Source of the DNA: Armatimonadota bacterium
Lineage (GTDB): Bacteria > Armatimonadota > HRBIN16
Length of the DNA stretch: 64,000 bases
Assembly (NCBI GenBank): GCA_963677485.1
Contig: OY781964.1
Coordinates: 4,608,001-4,672,000 of the forward strand
Direction of reading: 5' to 3'
The position numbers were made by a program, and so were the translations under genes. Under the pieces are notes generated by a model that did not search any database, had not been told where the DNA came from, and saw only the letters and a list, made by a program, of their open reading frames with translations. Below, one piece after another: positions 8,964 to 18,647 of this stretch (within the stretch, counting starts at the first letter, position 1; each line of letters starts with the position of its first letter).

Positions 8964-10457
8964 GTGAGGAATGAGTTATTATCTCAGACGATAGCTGTGA
9001 AGTATGCACAGTTCTGCAAGGCCAAGCAACGGACTATCAAAGGCCTAAACATATCTGTGACTGCAGGTCCGATATACCATCCGGCCTATCTGGAGCGAGC
9101 AGCAAAGCGCACCAACACCTATCGTCTGGATGATTTACTGCGCGGCTGCCTGTATGCACCGGCGCATGTAGCCAACGGCTATCGGGTCATTTTGAAGGAG
9201 CACTACCGACAAATCAGGCCCAAACCGAACTATCAGCAGCTTTCAGCGATGGCATACGGGATATTGTGGAGCGGTATCGCTTACGAACTGTGCCGATTTT
9301 CGGGCTATACACCTCCTTTACCGGTAGATTGGCGTGACTTTCAACGTGCAGATATGGATGATGGCGTTTATGATATCGCCGTAATCCGTCCGTTTGATAT
9401 CTGGACGTTGTGGGGCCATTTTAGAGAGTTCCGGTTGTTGAAAAATGATGCGTTCACGCAAGCGGAACAGCACGCTATTCGGCGATTTGCAGTCGTGCCA
9501 CTGCTATCTCAAGTTAATTCTTTGTCCGTGCCTTATCTAGACGAGGTCATGAGTGGTTTGTCAGCAAACACTACCACCCACAGACCGCGAGTGCCATTGA
9601 TGACATGCTCACTAACACAAACGAAACGACCTCATCACAAAGCCGCTAGAGGCATGGTACGGGCTCACAAAACTAAAGCACCAATACTGAATGCTGATCT
9701 CGTCAATACGGTGACTGAAAAGTATGCGCAGTTCCAAAAAGCCAAGAACAAGACGCTTAAGCAAATGGGTGTTCATGTGCCACCTGGACAGATACTGCAT
9801 CCGGCATACCTTAAGCGTGAAGCGGAGCGGACGGACTACTATCAGTTGAACGCGATGTTGAGAGGCTGCATGTTGGCACCGCTTGATGTTGCCAGCGGGT
9901 ACTGGGAAATACTGGACCTGTATTACAGCAAGATCAAACCAGAGCCTACCTGCAAGCAACTAATGGCGATGTTTTATGGAGTGATGTGGAGCGGTTTTGC
10001 TGCCGAGTTGCTGGAATACTCAGGGATCCACCCATCAATGCCTTTCAGATGGCAAGACTACCAACGTCAAGACATAAGTTTTAACGAGTTTGATGCAAAC
10101 TACGAGATAGAGCCGTGGTCGCTGTTCATTGACATCCAACGGATCATCATGTGCCGGATTGATACACTCACGCCGATGCAGCAAAGGCTCTACCAGAGGG
10201 TGTTGCTGGATTTGGTTTTATTTCAAGTGGTAGAGCTGGACATACCGATTCTTGCTCAATATGTTTCTGTGCTACTGGAACACATGGATTTGTTCGATAA
10301 TCTGATCACGTCCATAGATATCGAGCACATGCCTGCGAAGTGGTATAAATCAGAACTACATCTATCGGTAGTGGAGCAGACGAGAGCCATCCTGGCCAAA
10401 TATGAGCAGTATGCCCAAGCCGAAGAGCATTCGGGGGCTGGCCCAGCCCCTGTATAA
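8964..10457 (+). CDS. Hypothetical protein made of two homologous ~190-aa domains
   Basis: KYAQF.KAK..HPAYL.R.A.RT..Y.L...LRGC..AP..VA.GY..IL..WSG.A.EL occurs twice, 240 codons apart. Confidence 0.75.
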   Translation: MRNELLSQTIAVKYAQFCKAKQRTIKGLNISVTAGPIYHPAYLERAAKRTNTYRLDDLLRGCLYAPAHVANGYRVILKEHYRQIRPKPNYQQLSAMAYGILWSGIAYELCRFSGYTPPLPVDWRDFQRADMDDGVYDIAVIRPFDIWTLWGHFREFRLLKNDAFTQAEQHAIRRFAVVPLLSQVNSLSVPYLDEVMSGLSANTTTHRPRVPLMTCSLTQTKRPHHKAARGMVRAHKTKAPILNADLVNTVTEKYAQFQKAKNKTLKQMGVHVPPGQILHPAYLKREAERTDYYQLNAMLRGCMLAPLDVASGYWEILDLYYSKIKPEPTCKQLMAMFYGVMWSGFAAELLEYSGIHPSMPFRWQDYQRQDISFNEFDANYEIEPWSLFIDIQRIIMCRIDTLTPMQQRLYQRVLLDLVLFQVVELDIPILAQYVSVLLEHMDLFDNLITSIDIEHMPAKWYKSELHLSVVEQTRAILAKYEQYAQAEEHSGAGPAPV

Positions 10458-10465
10458 ACCGAACG

Positions 10466-11806
10466 CTACCTCGGCTTCACGAAGCCGACGCTCTTGAGCT
10501 TCAGCCAGCGGCCAGGGACATCCTTCGGTTCGGGCATGATGGCCAGACGGGTGATCAAGCCCTTATACTCCGCATTCGCGCCGAGGTGGACTTCATACAC
10601 GTGATACTTACCGTCGTCGATCACGGGGATGCTGACGGTGGTCTGGGCACTAAAGGGTTGACCATCTCTGCGCTGCCACATCACACTCGCGCTTTTCTGC
10701 CCGGGTGAGAACGCGGCTTTGATGTAAAGCACAGGGTTCTTCGCGGCTACCCAACACCACAACTGACCGTTTATGGTTGCACTCGCTTTGCTGATGTCGA
10801 TGTTCAGCTCACCCTTGATGGGCCAGCCGGCATCTGTGGCGTTTCGATAGGCCCAATAGTGGCGGTCGTTCTTGAACACCCAGTTGGGATGTTCGGCAGG
10901 CTTGCGTTGTTTATAGATATAGCCACGTATCTCGTCCACGGTGCCCAGTATGAGGGTGTACTGGAAGCTCGTGTCGATATTCCAGTCGATCACCTGATCC
11001 TGCTGCGGAGCGATATAGCCGGTCGGGCCATCTTTTGGGCCGCCTGAGCCAGGCACTCCGGCAAATCCCGCGGAGAAGTTATAACATGTAGGCTCATACA
11101 TCCCAAGACCCCAGCCATCTTTATCTACCAGGGCCGCCCAGTTCTCAGTAGCGTGCCAGTGTTTCGGCCACCAGATCACGGGGTTCTCGGTCACCTTGTC
11201 GCCAGTGAATGGCTTGTCGCCGTCGTAGGTAAACACACGGTACCAGGGGCCGTTGGTGTAGATGGCGGGCAGCTCCTGGAAGCGGGCTTCATACTGCTTC
11301 TTGTCCGGGCGGTTGTTCAGCATCCGGCTTTTAATCTGCGCGGTGTTTCCTTTGAGTGTGATCCAGCACTCGTAGATACACTCACCGGGCACATTGTCCA
11401 AAGGCCAGGGCATGGGGATGCACTTCACATACAGGCTGTTGCCAGATTTCTTGTGATCCAGCACCTTGGAGCCATGGCCGAAGCAGTCGCCAGCTTGGAT
11501 TGGGTTCCAGCCAATGGTGACCCATGCTTCCTGCGCCTTCTTGCCGTTAGGTTCAAACGGCACAGGACCAGCATAATGCGACATTTGAATTTGGCGTCCA
11601 AAGTCGAAGCTGTTGACCATGTTAAGCTCGGATCCAGATTTAGATAGGTAGGTGATCGCCCCGCCAAGGTCCAGGTTGATGCCCAGTTTGATCTTGCCGT
11701 TGTCGATGTAGCTCATGTTTTCTGCCATGACTGCACCCCCTGTGATATTAAGTATACAAAGTATAGCAGCCGCTATTAGGAAACGCTTATGCCAGGTGTC
11801 TGTCAT
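10466..11806 (-). CDS. Uncharacterised beta-rich protein, paralogue D of tandem array (possible Sec signal peptide)
   Basis: Shared motifs GRQIQxS, GWNPIQxGD, QELPAxYTNGPW, GGPKDxPTGY; hydrophobic N-terminus ending VMA. Confidence 0.85.
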   Translation of the reverse strand: MTDTWHKRFLIAAAILCILNITGGAVMAENMSYIDNGKIKLGINLDLGGAITYLSKSGSELNMVNSFDFGRQIQMSHYAGPVPFEPNGKKAQEAWVTIGWNPIQAGDCFGHGSKVLDHKKSGNSLYVKCIPMPWPLDNVPGECIYECWITLKGNTAQIKSRMLNNRPDKKQYEARFQELPAIYTNGPWYRVFTYDGDKPFTGDKVTENPVIWWPKHWHATENWAALVDKDGWGLGMYEPTCYNFSAGFAGVPGSGGPKDGPTGYIAPQQDQVIDWNIDTSFQYTLILGTVDEIRGYIYKQRKPAEHPNWVFKNDRHYWAYRNATDAGWPIKGELNIDISKASATINGQLWCWVAAKNPVLYIKAAFSPGQKSASVMWQRRDGQPFSAQTTVSIPVIDDGKYHVYEVHLGANAEYKGLITRLAIMPEPKDVPGRWLKLKSVGFVKPR

Positions 11807-13083
11807 TTTACAGCCAGCTTCTTGAACCCGACGCTCTTGAGCTTCAGCCAGCGTCCTGCAACACCTTTGGGATCGGGTACCAGCGCCAGTCTGGTGATCA
11901 GACCTTTATACTCGGCATTGGCTGCTAGCTTCACAGCATACACGTGATAGTTACCATCTGCGATGACAGGGAAGCTGACGCTGGTCTGTGGGCTGAACGC
12001 TTGACCATCTTTACGCTGCCATGTCACGTTGGCTGTTTTCTGACCGGAGGAGAACGCAGCTTTGATGTAGAGCACCGGGTTCCTGGCGGCTTCCCAGAGC
12101 CAGATTGGACTGTATATGATGCCATTGTCCTTGCTGATGTCGATGTTCAACTCATCCTTGATAGGCCAGCCTGTGTCGACGGCATTCTGGTATGTCCAGT
12201 AGTGCCTATCGTTTTTGAACACCCAGTTGGGGTGCTCAGAAGGACGTGGCTGTTTGTAGACATGGTCGCGGATCTCTTTCAACGAACCAAGTATAAGCAC
12301 ATAGTTGAAACTGGTGTCGATGTTGTGGTCAAGTATCTCATCCGCCTGCGGTGAGAGGTAGCCGGTGGGGTCATCTTTGGGACCGCCTTTGTAAGTCGTA
12401 CCAACGAAACAACCGGCAATCGTATATATACCGGGCTCGTATATCCCGAGTCCCCAGTCATTGTCATCGACAATTGCCGCCCAGTTTTCAGAGGACAGTC
12501 CGATTGTGGGAGGGAAGGTGGACGGATACTGAGTGAGTTTATCTTTACTGTATGGCTTGTCGCCTGTGTATGTAAAGACACGGTACCATGGGCCGTTAGT
12601 GTAAACAGCGGGTAATTCCTGACCACGGCCTTCATACTGGATCTTATCCGACCGATGGTTGACGATGCGGCTTTTGACCTTTACCGTGATGCCTTCCAAG
12701 CTGATCCAACACTCATAGCTGCATTCGCCCGGTACACCGTTAAGTGCCCATTGCATAGGGATGCATTTCACATACAAGCTGTTTCTAGATTTTCGGTGCG
12801 CAACCACCTTAGAACCATGGCCGTTACAATCGCCTGACTGGATGGGGTTCCAACCGGCTGTAATCCAATGAGGATTGGCTTTTTGGCCGTCTGCTTCAAA
12901 CGGCACAGGCCCGCCATAGAACGACAGTTGAATCTGACGCCCCCAATCGTGGCTGTTGATCACATTCAGATCGGAGCCGGACTTAGATAGGTAGGTGATG
13001 GCACCACCGATGTCCAGGTTGATACCCAACTTGATCTGGCCGTTGTCGATGTAACTCATGTTCATTGATGGTACAGACGCCAC
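11803..13083 (-). CDS. Uncharacterised beta-rich protein, paralogue C (no signal peptide); start moved to GTG 13083
   Basis: Same motifs; GGGGG RBS-like run at 13091-13095; the longer ORF start would run through a terminator hairpin. Confidence 0.8.
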   Translation of the reverse strand: MASVPSMNMSYIDNGQIKLGINLDIGGAITYLSKSGSDLNVINSHDWGRQIQLSFYGGPVPFEADGQKANPHWITAGWNPIQSGDCNGHGSKVVAHRKSRNSLYVKCIPMQWALNGVPGECSYECWISLEGITVKVKSRIVNHRSDKIQYEGRGQELPAVYTNGPWYRVFTYTGDKPYSKDKLTQYPSTFPPTIGLSSENWAAIVDDNDWGLGIYEPGIYTIAGCFVGTTYKGGPKDDPTGYLSPQADEILDHNIDTSFNYVLILGSLKEIRDHVYKQPRPSEHPNWVFKNDRHYWTYQNAVDTGWPIKDELNIDISKDNGIIYSPIWLWEAARNPVLYIKAAFSSGQKTANVTWQRKDGQAFSPQTSVSFPVIADGNYHVYAVKLAANAEYKGLITRLALVPDPKGVAGRWLKLKSVGFKKLAVK

Positions 13084-13100
13084 TTTGATACCCCCAAGTT

Positions 13101-13128
13101 GAAAAGAAGGGGAGCGAAACGCTCCCCA
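13101..13128 (-). terminator. Intrinsic terminator inside the paralogue array
   Basis: Minus strand ggggagcg-ttt-cgctcccc followed by ttcttttc. Confidence 0.8.
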
Positions 13129-13137
13129 TCGCAATCG

Positions 13138-14511
13138 CTATTCGCCAGATGGTCTCTTGAATCCAATGGATTTGATCTGAACCCTCTGCCCATCGGCACC
13201 AACAGGGCTGATGATGCGCAGGCGCGAAATGACGCCGCTCCAGTTGGGCTTGCCCTTCAGCTCGATGGCATACACTCGGTATTCGCCGTCGCCAGTCACG
13301 GGGAAGGTGGTGGTATACATCTCGCACGGGTCAGCCTGCCCCATATCGATGATTTCACTCCACCGCTGCTTCTCCCAAACCAGTGTCATTTGCTTTTGCT
13401 CTGTCTTGAAGGCCGCCTTTATGTAAAGCACGGGGTTCTTGTCCGCCTGGATGAATATCTTCGGTCCATTAATACTCGCGTCACTTTTGCTGAGATCGAC
13501 GTCGAGTTCGCCTTTGATAGGCCAGCCAGTGTCAATGGCGTTGCCATAGGTCCAGTAATACCGGTCTTTGTCGAAGACCCATTGCGGCTGGGTTGCCGGG
13601 CGGGGCTGTTTGTAGACATAGTCACGGATTTCCTTCACCGTGCCCAGAATCAAAACATATTGGTAGGCGGTGTCGATGTTATGGTCAAGGATTTGGTCCA
13701 TCTCTGGCGCAATATATCCTGTAGGACCGTCTTTTGGCCCGCCCTTGCCTGGCTTCCCTGCAAAACCGCCTGCGATGGTGTAGACGCCGGGCTCGTAGAT
13801 ACCCAGCCCCCAGCCCTCATTGTTGACCAGTGCTGACCAGTTCTCCGTCGGAGTGACGATCTTCCACAGAAACGCGGCGGGGGTCTGTGTGAGTTCGCCA
13901 CCTGTATACGGCTTATCACCGATGTATGTCATCAGCCGCCACCATGGGCCGTTGGTATAGACAGCAGGCAGTTCCTGGCCCCTGGCGGGGTAGAAGTTCG
14001 TGTCCGGCCGGTTATTAACCATACGGCTTTTGACTTGCACCGTGTTGTCCTTAAGAGTGATCCAGCACTCGAAAGTGCATTCACCCGGCACATTGGTCAA
14101 CGGCCAGTGCATGGGGATGCATTTCACATAGATGCTCTTGCCGTCGTTCTTGTATGCCAGCACTTTTGACTTGTTCCCAGCCACATCACCGGACTGGATG
14201 GGGTTCCAGCCGATGCCTGTCCAGGTTGGGTCGGCCTTCTTACCATCTGGCTCGAATGGCACTGGGTAGGAGTAGTGCGACATCTGTATTTGGCGCCCGA
14301 GGTCGGCACTGTTGACCAGGTTCAGGCTGGAGCCGGCTTTTGAGATATAAGTGATCGATCCACCCATATCCAGGTCGATGCCCAGCTTGATTTTGCTATT
14401 CTGAATGAAGCTCATATCCGGCTTAGTATTACTCACGCTGCTGCACCCCACTAATAGAACCATAATAGTCGAAGCGGTCAAGCTCCGAAGAATCGATGGT
14501 ACGAAAACCAC
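13138..14511 (-). CDS. Uncharacterised beta-rich lipoprotein, paralogue B
   Basis: Same motifs; lipobox LVGC. Confidence 0.85.
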   Translation of the reverse strand: MVFVPSILRSLTASTIMVLLVGCSSVSNTKPDMSFIQNSKIKLGIDLDMGGSITYISKAGSSLNLVNSADLGRQIQMSHYSYPVPFEPDGKKADPTWTGIGWNPIQSGDVAGNKSKVLAYKNDGKSIYVKCIPMHWPLTNVPGECTFECWITLKDNTVQVKSRMVNNRPDTNFYPARGQELPAVYTNGPWWRLMTYIGDKPYTGGELTQTPAAFLWKIVTPTENWSALVNNEGWGLGIYEPGVYTIAGGFAGKPGKGGPKDGPTGYIAPEMDQILDHNIDTAYQYVLILGTVKEIRDYVYKQPRPATQPQWVFDKDRYYWTYGNAIDTGWPIKGELDVDLSKSDASINGPKIFIQADKNPVLYIKAAFKTEQKQMTLVWEKQRWSEIIDMGQADPCEMYTTTFPVTGDGEYRVYAIELKGKPNWSGVISRLRIISPVGADGQRVQIKSIGFKRPSGE

Positions 14512-14529
14512 AGTCAGACTCCTTGTAAG

Positions 14530-15882
14530 TTATTTACCAGTTGGTTTGGCGTAGCCAATAGACTTGATGATGGCTCTGTTACCTGCGACGCCTTTTCGAG
14601 ATGGCACCAGTTGCAGCCGTGTGATCATGCCGCTATACTCTGGTGACTTCGAGAGATCAATGGAATAGATGCGCGATACTCCATCGCCTGTGATAGACAT
14701 CGGCAGACTTTTGGTGTCGTTGAAACCCGGCGCGTCTTTGCGTTCCCATTGGATGGTCGCTGAGGTTTCATCTGTGGTAAAGGCGGCTTTGACATATAGA
14801 ATTGGGTTCTTTACCGCGCTCCACAACCCTTCAGGGCTGATCAACTGTGGGTTGTCGTTACTAAGGTCGATATTCAGCTCGCCCTTGATTGGCCAGCCTT
14901 TGTCAATGGCGTTACGATAAATCCAATGCTGCCTGTTGTTTTTAAAAACCCAATTGGGCGTGACATCCGGCTGTTTTTGCTTATACACATAGTCGCGGAT
15001 CTCCTGTAGTGAGCCAAGAATCAACACATAGGAGTATGAGTAGTCGATATTGTGGTCAATGATCTCTCGATGCAAAGGGGCGATGTAGCCGGTGGGACCA
15101 TCTTTAGGCCCGCCTTTGCCTGGTTTCCCAGCAAATCCACCGATGGTGCGGTATACACCTGGCTGCCAGATGCCAAGGCCCCAGTCATTATCGTTCACCA
15201 AAGCAGACCAGTTTTCGGTGCTGATCCAGCCCTTCCATGGCATGACTGGTGGGATATGAGTGAGCTTGTCATTGGTGAATGGCTTATCGCCATCATAGGT
15301 CATCAGCTTCCACCATGGGCCATTGGTGTAAATGGCGGGCAGCTCCTGGTCGCGGCCGTCATACTGATTTGTATCTATTCGGTGGTTCACCATACGGCTC
15401 TTCACCAGCACGGTGTTGTCTTTTAGCGTAATCCAGCACTCAAAGGTGCATTCACCGGGCACGTTGTCTAGCGGCCACTGCATAGGTATGCACTTCACAT
15501 ACAGACTCGTTTTGTCGTTCTTGTGGGCAAGCACTGTAGAGCGGTGCTGATAACAGTCCCCAGACTGGATGGGATTCCAGCCAAGGCCTCTCCAGGCATC
15601 GTTTGCTTTGTGCCCATCTGGCTCAAATGGATTGGGGCCAGAATAGTGCGACATCTGTATCTGCCGACCCCAGTCGGCTGAGTTCACCAGGTTTACATTG
15701 GTGCCGGATTTCGATATGTAGGTGATAGAGCCTCCCAGATCGAGGTTTATGCCGACCTTGATTTTCCCATTATCGATGAAACTGATGTTATCTGGCTTCT
15801 GTTGTGCGGTGCCTTTGCAACCGCATATCCCAACTGTCAAAAGGCCGATTAGCATCATGGTAGCTACAGGCTGGATGGTCAA
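14530..15882 (-). CDS. Uncharacterised beta-rich lipoprotein, paralogue A
   Basis: Same motifs; TTG start with AAGGAG RBS; lipobox-like ICGC. Confidence 0.85.
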   Translation of the reverse strand: MTIQPVATMMLIGLLTVGICGCKGTAQQKPDNISFIDNGKIKVGINLDLGGSITYISKSGTNVNLVNSADWGRQIQMSHYSGPNPFEPDGHKANDAWRGLGWNPIQSGDCYQHRSTVLAHKNDKTSLYVKCIPMQWPLDNVPGECTFECWITLKDNTVLVKSRMVNHRIDTNQYDGRDQELPAIYTNGPWWKLMTYDGDKPFTNDKLTHIPPVMPWKGWISTENWSALVNDNDWGLGIWQPGVYRTIGGFAGKPGKGGPKDGPTGYIAPLHREIIDHNIDYSYSYVLILGSLQEIRDYVYKQKQPDVTPNWVFKNNRQHWIYRNAIDKGWPIKGELNIDLSNDNPQLISPEGLWSAVKNPILYVKAAFTTDETSATIQWERKDAPGFNDTKSLPMSITGDGVSRIYSIDLSKSPEYSGMITRLQLVPSRKGVAGNRAIIKSIGYAKPTGK

Positions 15883-16042
15883 CTTAATTCTCCTTGTCGT
15901 CCTACTAATGGGTGGTTATTTGCCCATTTAAGGACACGGTGACGTAGATTTCGCCATTTCATGTGATGATACCTTTAGTCTTACTGCAATAACAGGGTAG
16001 AATCAGCTATAAGTCATACTTTTTCATACGGAGGATTACGAA

Positions 16043-16459
16043 ATGCCTGGTGTATCTTTATCTCATAGGGCACCTGCGCCTGAGGAGTTGATACGGTTAC
16101 GTGAGGCTGTAGGATGGGCCGTTCCAGACCTTGCCGAAGCCAAACGTGCCATGGACATGACATTGTTCGGTGTCACCTTAAGGCTAGACGGTCGATGCAT
16201 TGGAACTGGTCGTGTAGTTGGTGATGGTTCACTGGCCTTTTTTATACAGGATGTCATTATATTGCCTGCGCAGCAGGGACACGGCTATGGAACACTCATC
16301 ATGGATGGATTGATGGAATACATCCAGCGCCACGCACGCCATGGTGCGTTTGTGGGGCTTTTCTCAGCCAAGGGCATGGAAAAATGGTATGAAAAATACG
16401 GGTTTGTTTCTCGGCCAACTGAGGAACTTGGCTGCGGGATGATGTTCCAACGCTCGTAA
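16043..16459 (+). CDS. GNAT family N-acetyltransferase
   Basis: GTGRVVGDG, QDVIILPAQQGHGYG (acetyl-CoA loop), WYEKYGF; GGAGG RBS. Confidence 0.92.
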   Translation: MPGVSLSHRAPAPEELIRLREAVGWAVPDLAEAKRAMDMTLFGVTLRLDGRCIGTGRVVGDGSLAFFIQDVIILPAQQGHGYGTLIMDGLMEYIQRHARHGAFVGLFSAKGMEKWYEKYGFVSRPTEELGCGMMFQRS

Positions 16460-16532
16460 CTTACTGGACATGACCGTGGGGCCCATAGATTTTTATGGCA
16501 TGTCATCAGGATGTTACACGGTATGTCGGGTG

Positions 16533-16604
16533 TATAATGTCATAAATGGTATTAGGTTACCATCAGCAATATGATAGGGGTGGCGTATATGCCACCCTTT
16601 TGTT
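16533..16604 (+). promoter_or_regulatory. TATAAT box followed by a two-hairpin leader ending in a terminator-like stem
   Basis: TATAAT 16533-16538; atggta/taccat stem 16546-16563; gggtggc/gccaccc stem 16578-16597 plus ttttgtt. Confidence 0.45.
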
Positions 16605-17481
16605 CGGAGGGACAGTAGAATTTATGGGATCACATAATCGTGCAGATGGACTTCTCCACATCGTCTTCATCAATGTCAACAGGGATACGATTGGGGACAG
16701 CACCCTTGTCATCTACCCAGATGGATATGCGATGCTGGTGGACGCCGGTGTGCCAGGCGAAGGGTTACGCACCGTACTCCCGGTTCTACAAAAGAATGGT
16801 GTGAAGTCTGTCGACCGGTTTGTCATCAGCCACATGCATAACGACCACTTCGGCGGGCTCATGGAATTGTTGAAGTCACCTGAGATCAGCTTTGGTGAGG
16901 TATGGTGGTCGCCGGTACCGCTGGCACTGTACAAAAAATACGAAAGCCAGTATGCCAAGGAGCTAGAGGATTTTGAGCCGGAATTTTCGGCATTCATGAA
17001 GACATCTCCTATCAAACTGATCCGGCCAGCAGTTGGTCAGGCTGAAGTGCGGGCCGATGTGTTGATGCGTGTTCTGGACATCGCTCAGCCTACCGTACCT
17101 TTACCCAACTACATCAACAACAACAATATTGTTCTGCATTTACAGCATCGCAGCATCAGTGTGATGCTGACTGGTGATTTGGGCTTTGAAGAGGAGACCC
17201 GCGTACTGCGCCGATGGCCTAGCGTAAGGTCAACTATCTTGAAGCTGGCCCATCACGCTGGAGCCAACGCCAATGGTCCTAAATGGATGCGGCAAGTCAC
17301 ACCGGAAGTCGCCATCGCACCCATGCCAGCCTGGCTTTCGCCTGACCCTCGCGGAATGAGCTGTGCAGAGCGGATACGGCCATATATCGGCCGGTTCCTG
17401 CGAACATGGGAGTCTGGGCACATCGAAGTGATCAGCGATGGCCGATCATATCACGTCGTCACAGAGAAGAATAAAGCCTAG
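16546..17481 (+). CDS. Metallo-beta-lactamase-fold hydrolase, ComEC/Rec2-like; start may be ATG 16624
   Basis: GDSTLV..MLVDAG, SHMHNDHFGG, NNNIVL, LTGD, LAHHAG. Confidence 0.88.
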   Translation: MVLGYHQQYDRGGVYATLLFGGTVEFMGSHNRADGLLHIVFINVNRDTIGDSTLVIYPDGYAMLVDAGVPGEGLRTVLPVLQKNGVKSVDRFVISHMHNDHFGGLMELLKSPEISFGEVWWSPVPLALYKKYESQYAKELEDFEPEFSAFMKTSPIKLIRPAVGQAEVRADVLMRVLDIAQPTVPLPNYINNNNIVLHLQHRSISVMLTGDLGFEEETRVLRRWPSVRSTILKLAHHAGANANGPKWMRQVTPEVAIAPMPAWLSPDPRGMSCAERIRPYIGRFLRTWESGHIEVISDGRSYHVVTEKNKA

Positions 17482-17642
17482 AACCAAGAATCGCACCGTA
17501 GTTAAGAATCCTCAGAAGGGTTTTTGCATGTCCCTCTCGAAATGGTGATATATGCATGGTTCTGCGCATGTCTCTATATAAGCAGCTCGCAGAAGCATCT
17601 TGTCATTCTGGACGATTCTAGTTACCGCTCAAGGAGGAACCT

Positions 17643-18647
17643 ATGCGACGCTGTTCTGCTATACTTCTGCTGATCTCACTGTGTGTACTCAGTGTAGGGT
17701 GCGCTAAGAGGGAATCGACCGGCACTACAGGAAACACAACCAAGTTAAAAATCGCTGTGATCCCTAAAGGCACCATCCATGAGTATTGGAAGTCTGTTCA
17801 CGCCGGGGCTGTGAAAGCAGGCAATGAACTGGGCGTAGAGATCATCTGGAAAGGCCCACTCAAAGAGGACGACCGAGACGCACAGATATCGACGGTTGAA
17901 GACTTCATCTCCAAGGGTGTGTCGGGCATCGTGCTGGCTCCGCTCGATGACACCGCCTTACGCGCTCCTGTGACCAATGCACAGAACAATAACATTCCTG
18001 TGGTGTTGTTTGACTCTGGTATGAAGGGCACAGCCGGAAAAGACTTCGTGAGCTTTGTCGCCACTGATAACTTCAAAGGTGGACAGATCGGCGGGGAATT
18101 CCTGGCCAAAGAGCTCAAGGGTAAGGGAACTGTCATCGTGCTGCGATACAATGAAGGCTCGGACAGCACCACAAAGCGTGAAGACGGCTTCCTTGACGCG
18201 GTGAAGAAGTCACCGGGCATTAAAATACTCAGTGCGGACCAGTATGCTGGCGTGACCACTGAGACGGCGTACAAGGCTGGCGAAAATCTGCTTGCCCGTT
18301 TCAAGGGCCAGAAGATTGACGGAATCTTTACGCCTGCTGAACCAGTCACCTTTGGAATGCTGCGCGCGCTGCAAGATGCCGGTTTGGCTGGCAAGGTCAA
18401 CCTAATTGGCTTTGACAGTTCGGAAACTATGATCAAGGCGATCAAAGATGGTCAGGTCAAAGCTATCGTCGTTCAGAACCCAATGCAGATTGGGTATATG
18501 GGCGTAAAGACGCTGGTGCAGCACCTCAACAAGCAAACTGTGCCAGACCGTATCGACACAGGTGCCACGCTCATCACCAAAGAGAATGTCGAGACCCCTG
18601 AGATCAACACTCTGCTTCACCCAGACCTTGGAAAATATCTGAAGTGA
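17643..18647 (+). CDS. Sugar ABC transporter substrate-binding lipoprotein (RbsB-like)
   Basis: Lipobox SVGC; IAVIPKG..YWKSVHAGA, VATDNFKGG, GFD, VVQNP. Confidence 0.93.
   Translation: MRRCSAILLLISLCVLSVGCAKRESTGTTGNTTKLKIAVIPKGTIHEYWKSVHAGAVKAGNELGVEIIWKGPLKEDDRDAQISTVEDFISKGVSGIVLAPLDDTALRAPVTNAQNNNIPVVLFDSGMKGTAGKDFVSFVATDNFKGGQIGGEFLAKELKGKGTVIVLRYNEGSDSTTKREDGFLDAVKKSPGIKILSADQYAGVTTETAYKAGENLLARFKGQKIDGIFTPAEPVTFGMLRALQDAGLAGKVNLIGFDSSETMIKAIKDGQVKAIVVQNPMQIGYMGVKTLVQHLNKQTVPDRIDTGATLITKENVETPEINTLLHPDLGKYLK

Noticed and set aside
10466-15882. Paralogue array as a diversity-generating retroelement or shufflon target
   Set aside because: No reverse transcriptase, template/variable repeat pair, invertase or recombination sites; divergence is spread across the genes
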